DNA of 64,000 nucleotides from Phyllobates terribilis (Eukaryota), in contig NW_027362769.1 of NCBI RefSeq assembly GCF_046119375.1, positions 366,048,001-366,112,000 of the forward strand, in the 5' to 3' direction. Position numbers and translations under genes: made by a program. Below, piece after piece: positions 48,601-60,600 of the stretch (positions are counted from its first letter, which is position 1; every line of letters begins with the position of its first letter). The notes under the pieces are model-generated. The model did not search any database. It saw only the letters and a list, made by a program, of their open reading frames with translations, and was not told where the DNA came from.

Positions 48601-51600
48601 CGCCCTTGCTCCGGCCTGCCCTCGCTCTTGCTCTGGCCTGCCCTCTCCTTGGCTCCGGCCTGCTCTCTCCCTGGCCTGCCCTCGCCTTGGCTCCGGCCTG
48701 CTCTCGCTTTGGCTCTGGCCTGCCTTCGCCTTGGCTACGACATTCTCTCGCCCTGGCTCCCGCCCGCTCTCTCCCTGGCTCCGGCCTGCTCTCTCTCTGT
48801 CTCTGGCCTGCCCTCGCCTTGGCTCTGGCCTGCTCTCGCCCTCGCTACGTCTTGCCCTCGCCCTGACTCCGGCCTATCCTTGCTCTGGCCCTGGTCTGCC
48901 CTCACCCTGGCTCCGGCCTGCTCTCGCTCCGGCCTGCCCTCGCCCTGCCTGTGTCCTGCTCTCGCTCTAGCTCCTGCCTACCCTCGCCATGGCTCCGGCC
49001 TGCTCTCGCTTTGGCCTGCCCTGGCCCTGGCTCCAACCTGCTCTCGCTCTAGCTCCGGCCTGTACTCGCCCTGGCTCCTGCCTGCTCTAGCTCTGGCTCT
49101 GGCCTTCCATAGCCAAGGCCTCGGCCTGTCCTCGCCCAGGCTCCAGCCTGCTCTCTCTCTGGCTCTGGCCTGCCTTCACCCTGGCTCCAGCCTGTTCTCG
49201 CTCTGGCTCCGGCCTGCCCTCCCCTTTTCTCCGGCATGCTCACGCTCTGTCTCTGGCCTGCCCTTGCCCTTGCTCCGGCCTGCCCTTGCCTTGGCTCCGG
49301 CCTGCTCTCTCTCTGGCTCCGACCTGCCCTCGCCCTGGCTCCGGCCTGCTCTCTCTCTGGCTCCGGCCTGCCCTCGGCCTGGCTCTGGCCTGCTCTCGCT
49401 CTTGCTCCGTTCTGCCCTTACCCTGGCTCCTGCCTGCTCTCGCTCTAACTCTGGCCTGCCCTCGACCTGACTCCGGCCTGCCCTCTCCCTGGCTCCAGCC
49501 TTCTCTAGCTCTGGCTCCGGCTTGCCCTCGCTTTGGCTCCGCCTGCTCTCTCTCTGGCTCTTGCCTGCCCTCGCCCTGGCACCTGCCTGCCCTCTCCCTT
49601 TGCTCCGTCCTGCTCTTGATCTGGCTCTGTCCTGCCCTCACCCTCGCTCCAGCCTGCTCTCGCTTTGGCTCTGGCCTGCCCTTGCCATGGCTCCGGCATG
49701 CCCTCGCCTTGGCTCCGGCCTGCCCTCTCCCTGGCTCCGGACTGCTCTCGCTCTGACTCTGTCCTGCCCTCACCCTCGCTCCGGCTTGCTCTCGCTCTGG
49801 CCTGCCCTCGCCCTGGCTCCGGCCTGCCCTCGCCCTAGCTCTGGCCTGCCCTCTCCCTTCCTCCAGCATACACTAGCTCTGGCTCCGGCCTGCCCTCGCC
49901 TTGTCTCCGGCCTTCTCTCTCTGGCTCCGGCTTACCCTCGCCCTGGCTCCGGCCTGCCCTCTCCCTGGCTCCGGCCTGTCCTCGCTCTGGCTCCGGCCTT
50001 CTCTTGCCCTGGCTCTGGCCTGCTCTCGCTCTGGCTCTGGCCTTTCCTCGCCTTGACTCCGGCTTGCTCTCGCTCTGGCCTTCCCTCGCCTTGACTCCGC
50101 CTTGCTCTCGCTCTGGCCTGCCCTCACCCTGGTTCCGGCCTGCTCTCGCCCGGGCTCCGGTCTGCTCTCGCACTGGCTCTGGCCTGCCATCGCCTTGGCT
50201 CCCGCCTGCTCTCGCCCTCGCTAAGTCTTGCCCTCGCCCTGACTCCGGCCTGCCCTCGCTCTGGACCTGGCCTGCCCTAACCCTGGCTCCGGCCTGCTCT
50301 CGCTCCGGCCTGCCCTCGCCCTGGTTCCGGCCTGCTCTCGCTATAGCTCCGGCCTGCCCTCGCCTTGGCTCCTGCTTGCTCTATCCCTGGCTGCGGCCTA
50401 CCCTTGCCCTGGTTCCGGCCTGCCCTCGCCCTGGCTCCTGCCTGCCCTCTCCTTGGCTCCGGCCTGCTCTTGCTCTGGCTTCGGCATGCTCTCGCTCTAG
50501 CTCCGGCCTGCCCTCGCCCTTGCACAGGCCTGCCCTCGCCCTAGCTCCGGCCTGCCCTCGCCCTAGCTCCGGCCTGCCCTCGCCCTGGCTCAGGCCTGCC
50601 CTCGCCTTTGCTCCGGCATTCTCTCGCCCTGGCTCCGGACTGCTTTCGCTCTGGCTATGGCCTGCCGTCGCTCTGGCTCTGGCCTGCCCTCACCTTGGCT
50701 CTGGCCTGCTCTTGCTCTGGCTCTGTTCTTCCCTAACCCTGGCTCCGGCCTGATCTCTCTCTGGCTTTAGCCTGCTCTCGCTCTGGCACCTGCCTGCTCT
50801 CACTCTGGCTTCCGCCTGCCCTCGCCCTGGCTCCGGCCTGCTTTCTCTTTGGCTTCGGCCTGCCCTCGCCTAGGCTCCGCCCTGCTCTCTCTCTGGCTCT
50901 GGCCTGCCTTCGCCTTGTCTCCGGCCTGCTCTCTCTCTGGCTCTGGCCTGCCTTCACCCTAGCTCCGGCCTGCTCTCGCTTTGGGTCCGGCCTGCTCTCG
51001 CTCTGGCACCGGCCTGCTCTCACTCTGGTTTCCGCCTGCCCTCTCCCTGGCTCTGGCCTGCTCTCGCTTTGGCTTCGGCCTGCCCTCGCCCAGGCTCCGG
51101 CCTGCTCTCGCTCTGGCCTGCCTTCGCCTTGTCTCCGGCCTGCTCTCTCCCTTTGCTCCGTCCTGCTCTCGCTCTGGCTCTGTCCTGCGCTCACCCTTGC
51201 TCCAGCCTGCTCTCTCTTTGACTCTGGCCTGCCCTCGCCATGGCTTCTGCGTGCCCTCGCCTTGGCTCCAGCCTGCCCTCTCAATGGCTCCGGCCTGTCC
51301 TCGCTCTGGCTCCGGCCTTCTCTTGCCCTGGCTCTGGCCTGCTCTCGCTCTGGCTCTGGCCTTTCCTCGCCTTGACTCCGGCTTGCTCTCGCTCTGGCCT
51401 TCCCTCGCCTTGACTCCGCCTTGCTCTCGCTCTGGCCTGCCCTCACCCTGGTTCCGGCCTGCTCTCGCCCGGGCTCCGGTCTGCTCTCGCACTGGCTCTG
51501 GCCTGCCATCGCCTTGGCTCCCGCCTGCTCTCGCCCTCGCTAAGTCTTGCCCTCGCCCTGACTCCGGCCTGCCCTCGCTCTGGACCTGGCCTGCCCTAAC

Positions 51601-54600
51601 CCTGGCTCCGGCCTGCTCTCGCTCCGGCCTGCCCTCGCCCTGGTTCCGGCCTGCTCTCGCTATAGCTCCGGCCTGCCCTCGCCTTGGCTCCTGCTTGCTC
51701 TATCCCTGGCTGCGGCCTACCCTTGCCCTGGTTCCGGCCTGCCCTCGCCCTGGCTCCTGCCTGCCCTCTCCTTGGCTCCGGCCTGCTCTTGCTCTGGCTT
51801 CGGCATGCTCTCGCTCTAGCTCCGGCCTGCCCTCGCCCTTGCACAGGCCTGCCCTCGCCCTAGCTCCGGCCTGCCCTCGCCCTAGCTCCGGCCTGCCCTC
51901 GCCCTGGCTCAGGCCTGCCCTCGCCTTTGCTCCGGCATTCTCTCGCCCTGGCTCCGGACTGCTTTCGCTCTGGCTATGGCCTGCCGTCGCTCTGGCTCTG
52001 GCCTGCCCTCACCTTGGCTCTGGCCTGCTCTTGCTCTGGCTCTGTTCTTCCCTAACCCTGGCTCCGGCCTGATCTCTCTCTGGCTTTAGCTTGCTCTCGC
52101 TCTGGCACCTGCCTGCTCTCACTCTGGCTTCCGCCTGCCCTCGCCCTGGCTCCGGCCTGCTTTCTCTTTGGCTTCGGCCTGCCCTCGCCTAGGCTCCGCC
52201 CTGCTCTCTCTCTGGCTCTGGCCTGCCTTCGCCTTGTCTCCGGCCTGCTCTCTCTCTGGCTCTGGCCTGCCTTCACCCTAGCTCCGGCCTGCTCTCGCTT
52301 TGGGTCCGGCCTGCTCTCGCTCTGGCACCGGCCTGCTCTCACTCTGGTTTCCGCCTGCCCTCTCCCTGGCTCTGGCCTGCTCTCGCTTTGGCTTCGGCCT
52401 GCCCTCGCCCAGGCTCCGGCCTGCTCTCGCTCTGGCCTGCCTTCGCCTTGTCTCCGGCCTGCTCTCTCCCTTTGCTCCGTCCTGCTCTCGCTCTGGCTCT
52501 GTCCTGCGCTCAACCTTGCTCCAGCCTGCTCTCTCTTTGACTCTGGCCTGCCCTCGCCATGGCTTCGGCGTGCCCTCGCCTTGGCTCCAGCCTGCCCTCT
52601 CAATGGCTCCGGCATACACTAGCTCTGGCTCCGGCCTGCCCTCGCCTTGGCTCCGGCCTGCTCTCTCTCTGGTTCTGGAATGCCCTGTCTCCAGCCTGCC
52701 CTCTCCCTGGCTCCGGCCTGCCCTCTCCCTGGCTCTGGCCTGCCTTCGCTCTGGCTCCGGCCTGCTCTCGCTCTGGCTCTGACCTTCCCCCGCCTTGACT
52801 CCGGCGTGATCTTGCTCTGGCCTGCCCTGGCTCTGGCCTGCTCTCGCCCTGGCTCCGGCCTGCTCTCGCCCTGGCTCCGGCCTGCTCTCGCTCTTGCTCT
52901 GGCCTGCCCTCGCCTTGGCTCCGGCCTGCTCACGCCCTCGCTACGTCTTGCCCTCGCCCTGACTCCGGCCTGCCCTCACCCTTCCTCCGGCCTGCTCTCG
53001 CTCCGGCCTGCACTCGCCCTGGCTCCGGCCTACCCTCACCCTTACTCCGGCTTGCTCTCTCTCTGGCTCCGGCCTACCCTCGCCCTGGCTCCGGCCTGCT
53101 CTCGCTCTAGCTCTGGCCTGCCTTCGCCTTGGCTCTGACCTTCTCTCGCCCTGGCTCCGGCCTGCCCTCGCTCTGGCTCCCGCCCGCTCTCTCCCTGGCT
53201 CCGGCCTGCTCTCACTCTGTCTCTGGCCTGCCATCGCCTTGGCTCTGGCCTGCTCTCGCCCTCGCTACGTCTTGCCCTCGCCCTAACTCCGGCCTACCCT
53301 TGCTCTTGCCCTGGTCTGCCCTCACCCTGGCTCCGGCCTGCTCTCGCTCCGGCCTGCCCTCGCCCTGGCTGTGTCCTGCTCTCTCTAGCTCCGGCCTACC
53401 GTCACCATGGCTCCGGCCTGCTCTCGCTTTGACCTGCCCTGGCCCTGGCTCTGGCCTGCTCTCGCTCTAGCTCCGGCCTGTACTCGCCCTGGCTCCTGCC
53501 TGCTCTAGCTCTAGCTCTGGCCTTCCCTAGCCTAGGCTTCGTCCTGCCCTCGCCCAGGCTCCAGCCTGCTCTGGCTCTGGCTCTGGCCTGCCTTCGCCTT
53601 GGCTCCGGCCTGCTCTCTCTCTGGCCTGCCTTCAACCTGGCTCCGGCCTGCTCTCGCCTTTTCTCCGGTCTGCTCGCGCTCTGGCTCTTGCCTGCCCTTG
53701 CCCTTTCTCCGGCCTGCCCTTGCTTTGGCTCCGGCCTGCTCTCTCTCTGGCTCCGACCTGCCCTCGCCATGGCTCTGGCCTGCTCTCTCTCTGGCTCCGG
53801 CCTGGCCTCGGCCTGGCTATGGCCTGCACTCGCTCGTGCTCCGGTCTGCCTTTACCCTGGCTCCTGCCTGCGCTCGCTCTGGCTCTGGCCTATCCTCGAG
53901 CTGCCTCCGGCCTGCCCTCTCCCTAGCTCCGGCCTTCTCTATCTCTGGCTCCGGCCTGCCCTCGCCTTGGCTCCGGCCTGCTCTCTCTCTGGCCTGCCCT
54001 CGCCCTGGCTCCTGCCTGCCCTCTCCCTTTGCTCCGTCCTGCTCTTGATCTGGCTCTGTCCTGCCCTCGCCCTCGCTCCAGCCTACTCTCACTTTGGCTC
54101 TGGCCTGCCGTCGCCATGGCTCCGGCCTGCCCTCGCCATGGCTCCGGCCTGCCCTCGCTTTGGCTCCGGCGTGTCCTCTCTCTGGTTCCGGAATGCCCTG
54201 TCTCCAGCCTGCCCTCTCCCTGGCTCCGGGCCTGCCCTCACTCTGGCACTGGCCTGCTCTCGCTCTGGCTCTGGCCTTCCCTCGCCTTGATTCCGGCGTG
54301 CTCTTGCTCTCTCCTGCCCTCGCCCTGGCTCTGGCCTGCTCTCGCCCTGGCTCCGGCCTGCTCTCACTCTTGCTCTGGCCTGCCCTCGCTTTGGCTCTGG
54401 CCTGCACTCGCTCGTGCTCCGGTCTGCTCTTACCCTGGCTCCTACCTGTGCTCGCTCTGGCTCTGGCCTATCCTCGACCTGCCTCCGGCCTGCCCTCTCC
54501 CTGGCTCCGGCCTTCTCTAGCTCTGGCTCCGGCCTGCCCTCGCCTTGGCTCTGGCCTGCTCTCTCTCTGGCTCTGGCCTGCCCTCGCCCTGGCTCCTGCC

Positions 54601-57600
54601 TGCCCTCTCCCTTTGCTCCGTCCTGCTCTTGCTCTGTCCTGCCCTCGCCCTCGCTCCAGCCTACTCTCGCTTTGGCTCTGGCCTGCCCTCGCCATGGCTT
54701 CGGCCTGCCCTCGCCTTGGCTCCGGCCTGCTCTCTCTCTGGTTCCGGAATGCACTGTCTCCGGCCTGCCCTCTCCCTGGCTCCGGCCTGCCCTCTCCCTG
54801 GCTCCGGCCTGCCCTCACTCTGGCTCCGGCCTGCTCTGGCTCTGGCTTTCCCTCGCCTTGTTTCCGGCGTGCTCTTGCTCTGGCCTGCCCTTGCCCTGGC
54901 TCTGGCCTGCTCTCACCCTGGCTCCGGCCTGCTATCACTCTTGCTCTGACCTGCCCTCGCCTTGGCTCCGGCCTGCTCTCGCACTCGCTACGTCTTGCCC
55001 TCGCCCTGACTCCGGCCTGCCCTCGCTCTGACCCTGGCCTGCCCTCACCCGGGCTCCGACCTGCTCTCGCTCCGGCCTGCCCTCGCCCTGGCTCCAGCTT
55101 GCTCTCGCTCTAGCTCAGGCCTGCTCTCGCTCTTGCTCCGGCCTACCCTCGCCCTTACTCCGGCTTGCTCTCTCCCTGGCTCCGGCCTACCCTCGCCCTG
55201 GCTCCGGCCTGCTCTCGCTCTGGCTCTGGCCTGCCCTCGCCTTGGCTCCGGCCTGCTCTCTCCCTGGCCTGCCCTCTCCTTGGCTCTGGCCTGCTCTCGC
55301 TTTGGCTCTGGCCTGCCTTCGTCTTGGCTTCAACCTTCACTCGCCCTGGCTCCAGCCTGCCCTCGCTCTGGCTCCCGACCACTCTCTCCCTGGCTCCAGC
55401 CTGCTCTCGCTCTGGCCTGCCCTCGCCTTGTCTCCGGACTGCTCTCGCCCTCGCTACGTCTTGCACTCGCCCTGGCTCCAGCCTACCCTTGCTCTGGCCC
55501 TGGTCTGCCCTCACCCTGGCTCCGGCCTGCTATCGCTCTGGCCTGCCCTCGCCCTGGCTCTGGCCTGCTCTCGCTCTAGCTCCGGCCTACCGTCGCCATG
55601 GCTCCGACCGGCTCTCTCCCTGGCTCCAGCTTGCCCTCGCCCTGGCTACGCCCACTCTCGCCCTGGCTATGGGCTGCCCTCGCTCTGGCTCTGGCCTGCT
55701 CTTGCCCTGGCTCTGGCCTGCTCTCGCTCTGGCTCTGGCCTGCCCTCGCCTTATCTCGGGCATGGTCTCACTCTGGCTCCAGCCTGCTCTCTCTCTGGCC
55801 TGCTCTCGCCCTTGCTCAGGCCTGCACTCGCCCTGGCTCCCGCCTGCTCTCATTCTGGCCTGCCCTCGCCCTGGCTCCGGCCTGCTCTCGCTCTAGCTCC
55901 GGGCTGCCCTCGCCTTGGCTCCGGCCTGCTGTAGCTCTGGTTCTGTCCTGCCCTCTCCCTGGTTCCGGCCTGCTCTCGCTCTGGCTCCGGCCTGCTCTCG
56001 CTCCGGCTCCGGCATTCTCTCGCCCTGGCTCCGGGCTGCTCTCTCCCTGGCACGCCCTCGCCTTGTCTCCGGCCTGCTCTCACTTTGGCTCTGGCCTGCC
56101 TTCTCCTTGGCTCCGACCTTCTCTATCCCTCACTACGTCTTGCCCTCACCCTTGCTCCGGCCTGCTCTGGCTCTGGCCTGCCCTCTCCATGGCTCCTGCC
56201 TGCTCTCGCTCTGGCCTGCCCTCGCCCTGGCTCTTGACTACTCTCGCTCTGCCTCCGGCCTTCCCTAGCCATGGCTTCGGCCTGCCCTCTCCCTGGTTCC
56301 GGCCTGCTCTCGCTCTGGCTCTGGCCTGCCTTCGCCTTGGCTCCGGCGTGCTCTCACCTTGGCTCTGGCCTGCTCTCGCTCTGGCCTGCTCTTTCTGGGG
56401 CTCTGGCCTGCCCTCCACTTGGCTCCGGCCTGATTTAGCTCTGGTCTGGCCTGCGTTCGACTTGGCCCCGGCCTGCTCTCGCCCTCGCTACGTCTTGCCC
56501 TCGCCCTGGCTCCAGCCTGCCCTCACTCTGGCTCCGGCCTACCCTCTCTCTGGCTCCGGCATGCTCTCGCTTTGGCCTGCCCTCACCCTGGCTCCGGCCT
56601 GCTCTCGCTCTAGCTCCGACCTTCCCTTGCCCTGGCTCTGGCCGGCTCTCTCCCTGGCTCCAGCTTGCCCTCGCCCTGGCTCCGCCTACTCTCGCTCTGG
56701 CTATGGGCTGCCCTCGCTCTGGCTCTGGCCTGCTCTCACTTTGGCTCTGGCCTGCCTTCTCCTTGGCTCCGACCTTCTCTATCCCTCACTATGTCTTGCC
56801 CTCACCCTTGCTCTGGCTCTGGCCTGCCCTCTCCCTGGCTCCTGCCTGCTCTCGCTCTGGCCTGCCCTCGCCCTTGCTCTTGACTACTCTCGCTCTGCCT
56901 CCGGCCTTCCCTAGCCATGGCTTCTGCCTGCCCTCGCCCTGGCTTCGGCCCGCTCTCGCTCTGGCTCTGGCCTGCCTTCGCCTTGGCTCCGGCCTGCTCT
57001 CGCCTTGGCTCTGGCCTGCTCTCGCTCTGGCCTGCTCTTTCTGGGGCTCTGGCCTGCCCTCGACTTGGCTCCGGCCTGATTTAGCTCTGGTCTGGCCTGC
57101 GTTCGCCTTGGCCCCGGCCTGCTCTCGCCCTTGCTACGTCTTGCCCTCGCCCTGGCTCCAGCCTGCCCTCACTCTGGCTCCGGCCTACCCTCTCTCTGGC
57201 TCCGGCATGCTCTCGCTTTGGCCTGCCCTCACCCTGGCTCCGGCCTGCTCTCGCTCTAGCTCCGGCCTTCCCTTGCCCTGGCTCTGGCCGGCTCTCTCCC
57301 TGGCTCCAGCTTGCCCTCGCCCTGGCTCTGCCTACTCTCGCTTTGGCTATGGGCTACCCTCGCTCTGGCTCCGGCCTGCTCTCACTTTGGCTCTGGCCTG
57401 CCTTCTCCTTGGCTCCGACCTTCTCTATCCCTCACTATGTCTTGCCCTCACCCTTGCTCTGGCTTGCCCTCACCCTTGCTCTGGCTCTGGCCTGCCCTCT
57501 CCCTGGCTCCTGCCTGCTCTCGCTCTGGCCTGCCCTCGCCCTTGCTCTTGACTACTCTCGCTCTGCCTCCTGCCTTCCCTAGCCATGGCTTCTGCCTGCC

Positions 57601-60600
57601 CTCGCCCTGGCTTCGGCCCGCTCTCGCTCTTGCTCTGGCCTGCCTTCGCCTTGGCTCCGGCCTGCTCTCGCCTTGGCTCTGGCCTGCTCTCGCTCTGGCC
57701 TGCTCTTTCTGGAGCTCTGGCTTGCCCTCGACTTGGCTCCGGCCTGATTTAGCTCTGGTCTGGCCTGCGTTCGCCTTGGCCCCGGCCTGCTCTCGCCCTC
57801 GCTACGTCTTGCCCTCGCCCTGGCTCCAACCTGCCCTCACACTTGCTCCGGTCTACCCTCTCTCTGGCTCCGGCCTGCTCTCGCTCTAGCTCCGGCCTTC
57901 CCTTGCCCTTGCTCTGGCCGGCTCTCTCCCTGGCTCCAGCTTGCCCTCGCCCTGGCTCCGCCTACTCTCGCTCTGGCTATGGGCTGCCCTCGCTCTGGCT
58001 CCGGCCTGCTCTTGCCCTGGCTCTGGCCTGCTCTCACTTTGGCTCTGGCCTGCCTTCTCCTTGGCTCCGACCTTCTCTATCCCTCACTACGTCTTGCCCT
58101 CACCCTTGCTCCGGCCTGCTCTGGCTCTGGCCTGCCCTCTCCCTGGCTCCTGCCTGCTCTCGCTCTGGCCTGCACTCGCCCTGGCTCTTGACTACTCTCG
58201 CTCTGCCTCCGGCCTTCCCTAGCCATGGCTTCGGCCTGCCCTCGCCCTGGCTCCGGCCTGCTCTCGCTCTGGCTCTGGCCTGCCTTCGCCTTGGCTCCGG
58301 CCTGCTCTCGCCTTGGCTCTGGCCTGCTCTCGCTCTGGCTCTGGCCTGCTCTTTCTGGGGCTCTGGCCTGCCCTCGACTTGGCTTCGGCCTGATTTAGCT
58401 CTGGTCTGGCCTGCGTTCGCCTTGGCCCCGGCCTGCTCTCGCCCTCGCTACGTCTTGCCCTCGCCCTGGCTCCAGCCTGCCCTCGCTCTGGCTCCGGCCT
58501 ACCCTCTCACTGGCTCCGGCCTGCTCTCGCTTTGGCCTGCCCTCGCCCTTGCTCCGACCTGCTCTCGCTCTAGCTCCGGCCTTCCCTTGCCCTGGCTGCG
58601 GCCGGCTCTCTCCCTGGCTCCAGCTTGCCCTCGCCCTGGCTCCGCCTACTCTCGCTCTGGATATGGGCTGCCCTCGCTCTGGCTCCGGCCTGCTCTTGCC
58701 CTGGCTCTGGCCTGCCCTCGCCTTATCTCTGGCATGGTCTCACCCTGGCTCCAGCCTGCTCTCGCTCTGGCCTGCACTCGCCCTTGCTCCCTCCTGCTCT
58801 GGTTCAGTCCTTCCCTCTCCCTGGTTCCGGCATGCTCTCGCTCTGGCTCCGGGCTGCTCTCGCTCCGGCATTCTCTCGCTCTGTCTCCGGCGTGCTCTCG
58901 TCCTTGCTCTGGTCTGCTCTAGCTCTGGCTCCGGCCTGCCTTCGCCCTGGCTACGGCCTGCTCTCTTTCTGGTTCTCGCCTGCCCTAGCTTTGTCTCCAG
59001 CCTGCTCTCGCTCTGCCTCTGGCCTGCCCTCGCCTTGGCTCCGGCCTGCTTTAGTTCTGGCTTGGCCCGCCTTCGCCTTGGCTCTGGTCTGCTCTCGCTT
59101 TGGCTCCGGCCTGCCCTCCCCTTGGCTCTGGCCTGCCCTCCCCTTGACTCTGGCCTGCTTTCGCTCTGACTCCGGCCTGCTCTCTCTCTGACTCCGGCCT
59201 TCCCTCACCCTTGCTCTGGCCTGCCCTTGCCCTTGCTCCGGTCTGCACTCGCCCTGGCTCCCGCCTGCTCTCGTTCTGGCGTGCCCTCGCCCTGGCTCCG
59301 GCCTGCTCTCGCTCTAGCTCCGGGCTGCCCTCGCCTTGGCTCCGGCCTGCTGTAGCTCTGGTTCTGTGCTGCCCTCTCCCTGGTTCCGGCCTGCTCTCGC
59401 TCTGGCTCCGGCCTGCTATCGCTCCGGCTCCGGCATTCTCTCGCTATGTCTCCGGCGTGCTCTTGTCCTTACTCTGGTCTGCTCTAGCTCTGGCTCCGGC
59501 CTGCCCTCGCTCTGGCTACGGCCTGCTCTCACTCTGGTTCTCGCCTGCCCTTGCTTTGGCTCCGGCCTGCTCTCGCTCTGGCCTGCCTTCGCCTTGGCTC
59601 CGGCCTGCTTTAGTTCTTGCCTGGCCAGCCTTCGCCTTGGCTCCGGCCTGCTCTCGCTTTTTCTCCGGCCTGCTCTCGCTTTGGCTTCGGCCTGCCTTCG
59701 CCCTGGCTCCAGCCTGCTCTCCCTCTGGCCTGCCCTCCCCTTGGCTCTTGACTGCAATCCCCTTGGCTCTGGCCTGCTCTCGCTCTGACTCTTGCCTGCT
59801 CTCGCTCTGACTCTGGCCTGCCCTCACCCTTGCTCTGGCCTGCCCTTGCCCTGGCTCCAACGTGCCCTCGCCCTGGCTCCAGCCTGCCCTCTCTCTGGCT
59901 CCGGCCTACCCTCTCTCTGGCTCCGGCATGCTCTCGCTTTGGCCTGCCCTCACCCTGGCTCCGGCCTGCTCTCGCTCAAGCTCCGGCCTTCCCTTGCCCT
60001 GGCTCTGGCCGGCTCTCTCCCTGGCTCCAGCTTGCCCTCGCCCTGGCTCCGCCTACTCTCGCTCTGGCTATGGGCTGCCCTCGCTCTGGCTCCGGCCTGC
60101 TCTCACTTTGGCTCTGGCCTGCCTTCTCCTTGGCTCCAACCTTCTCTATCCCTCACTATGTCTTGCCCTCACCCTTGCTCCGGCCTGCTCTGGCTCTGGC
60201 CTGCCCTCTCCCTGGCTCCTGCCTGCTCTCGCTCTGGCCAGCCCTCGCCCTGGCTCTTGACTTTTCTTGCTCTGCCTCCGGCCTTCCCTAGCCATGGCTT
60301 CAGCCTGCCCTCGCCCTGGCCCCGGCCTGCTCTCGCTCTGGCTCTGGCCTGCCTTCGCCTTGGCTCCGGCCTGCCTTCGCCTTGGCTCTGGCCTGCGTTC
60401 GCCTTGGCCCCGGCCTTCTCTCGCCGTCGCTACGTCTTGCCCTCGCCCTGGTTCCAGCCTGCCCTCACCCTTGCTCCGGTCTACCCTCTCTCTGGCTCCG
60501 GCCTGCTCTCGCTTTGGCCTGCCCTCACCCTGGCTCCGGCCTGCTCTCGCTCTAGCTCCAGGCTGCCCTCGCCTTGGCTCCGGCCTGCTGTAGCTCTGGT

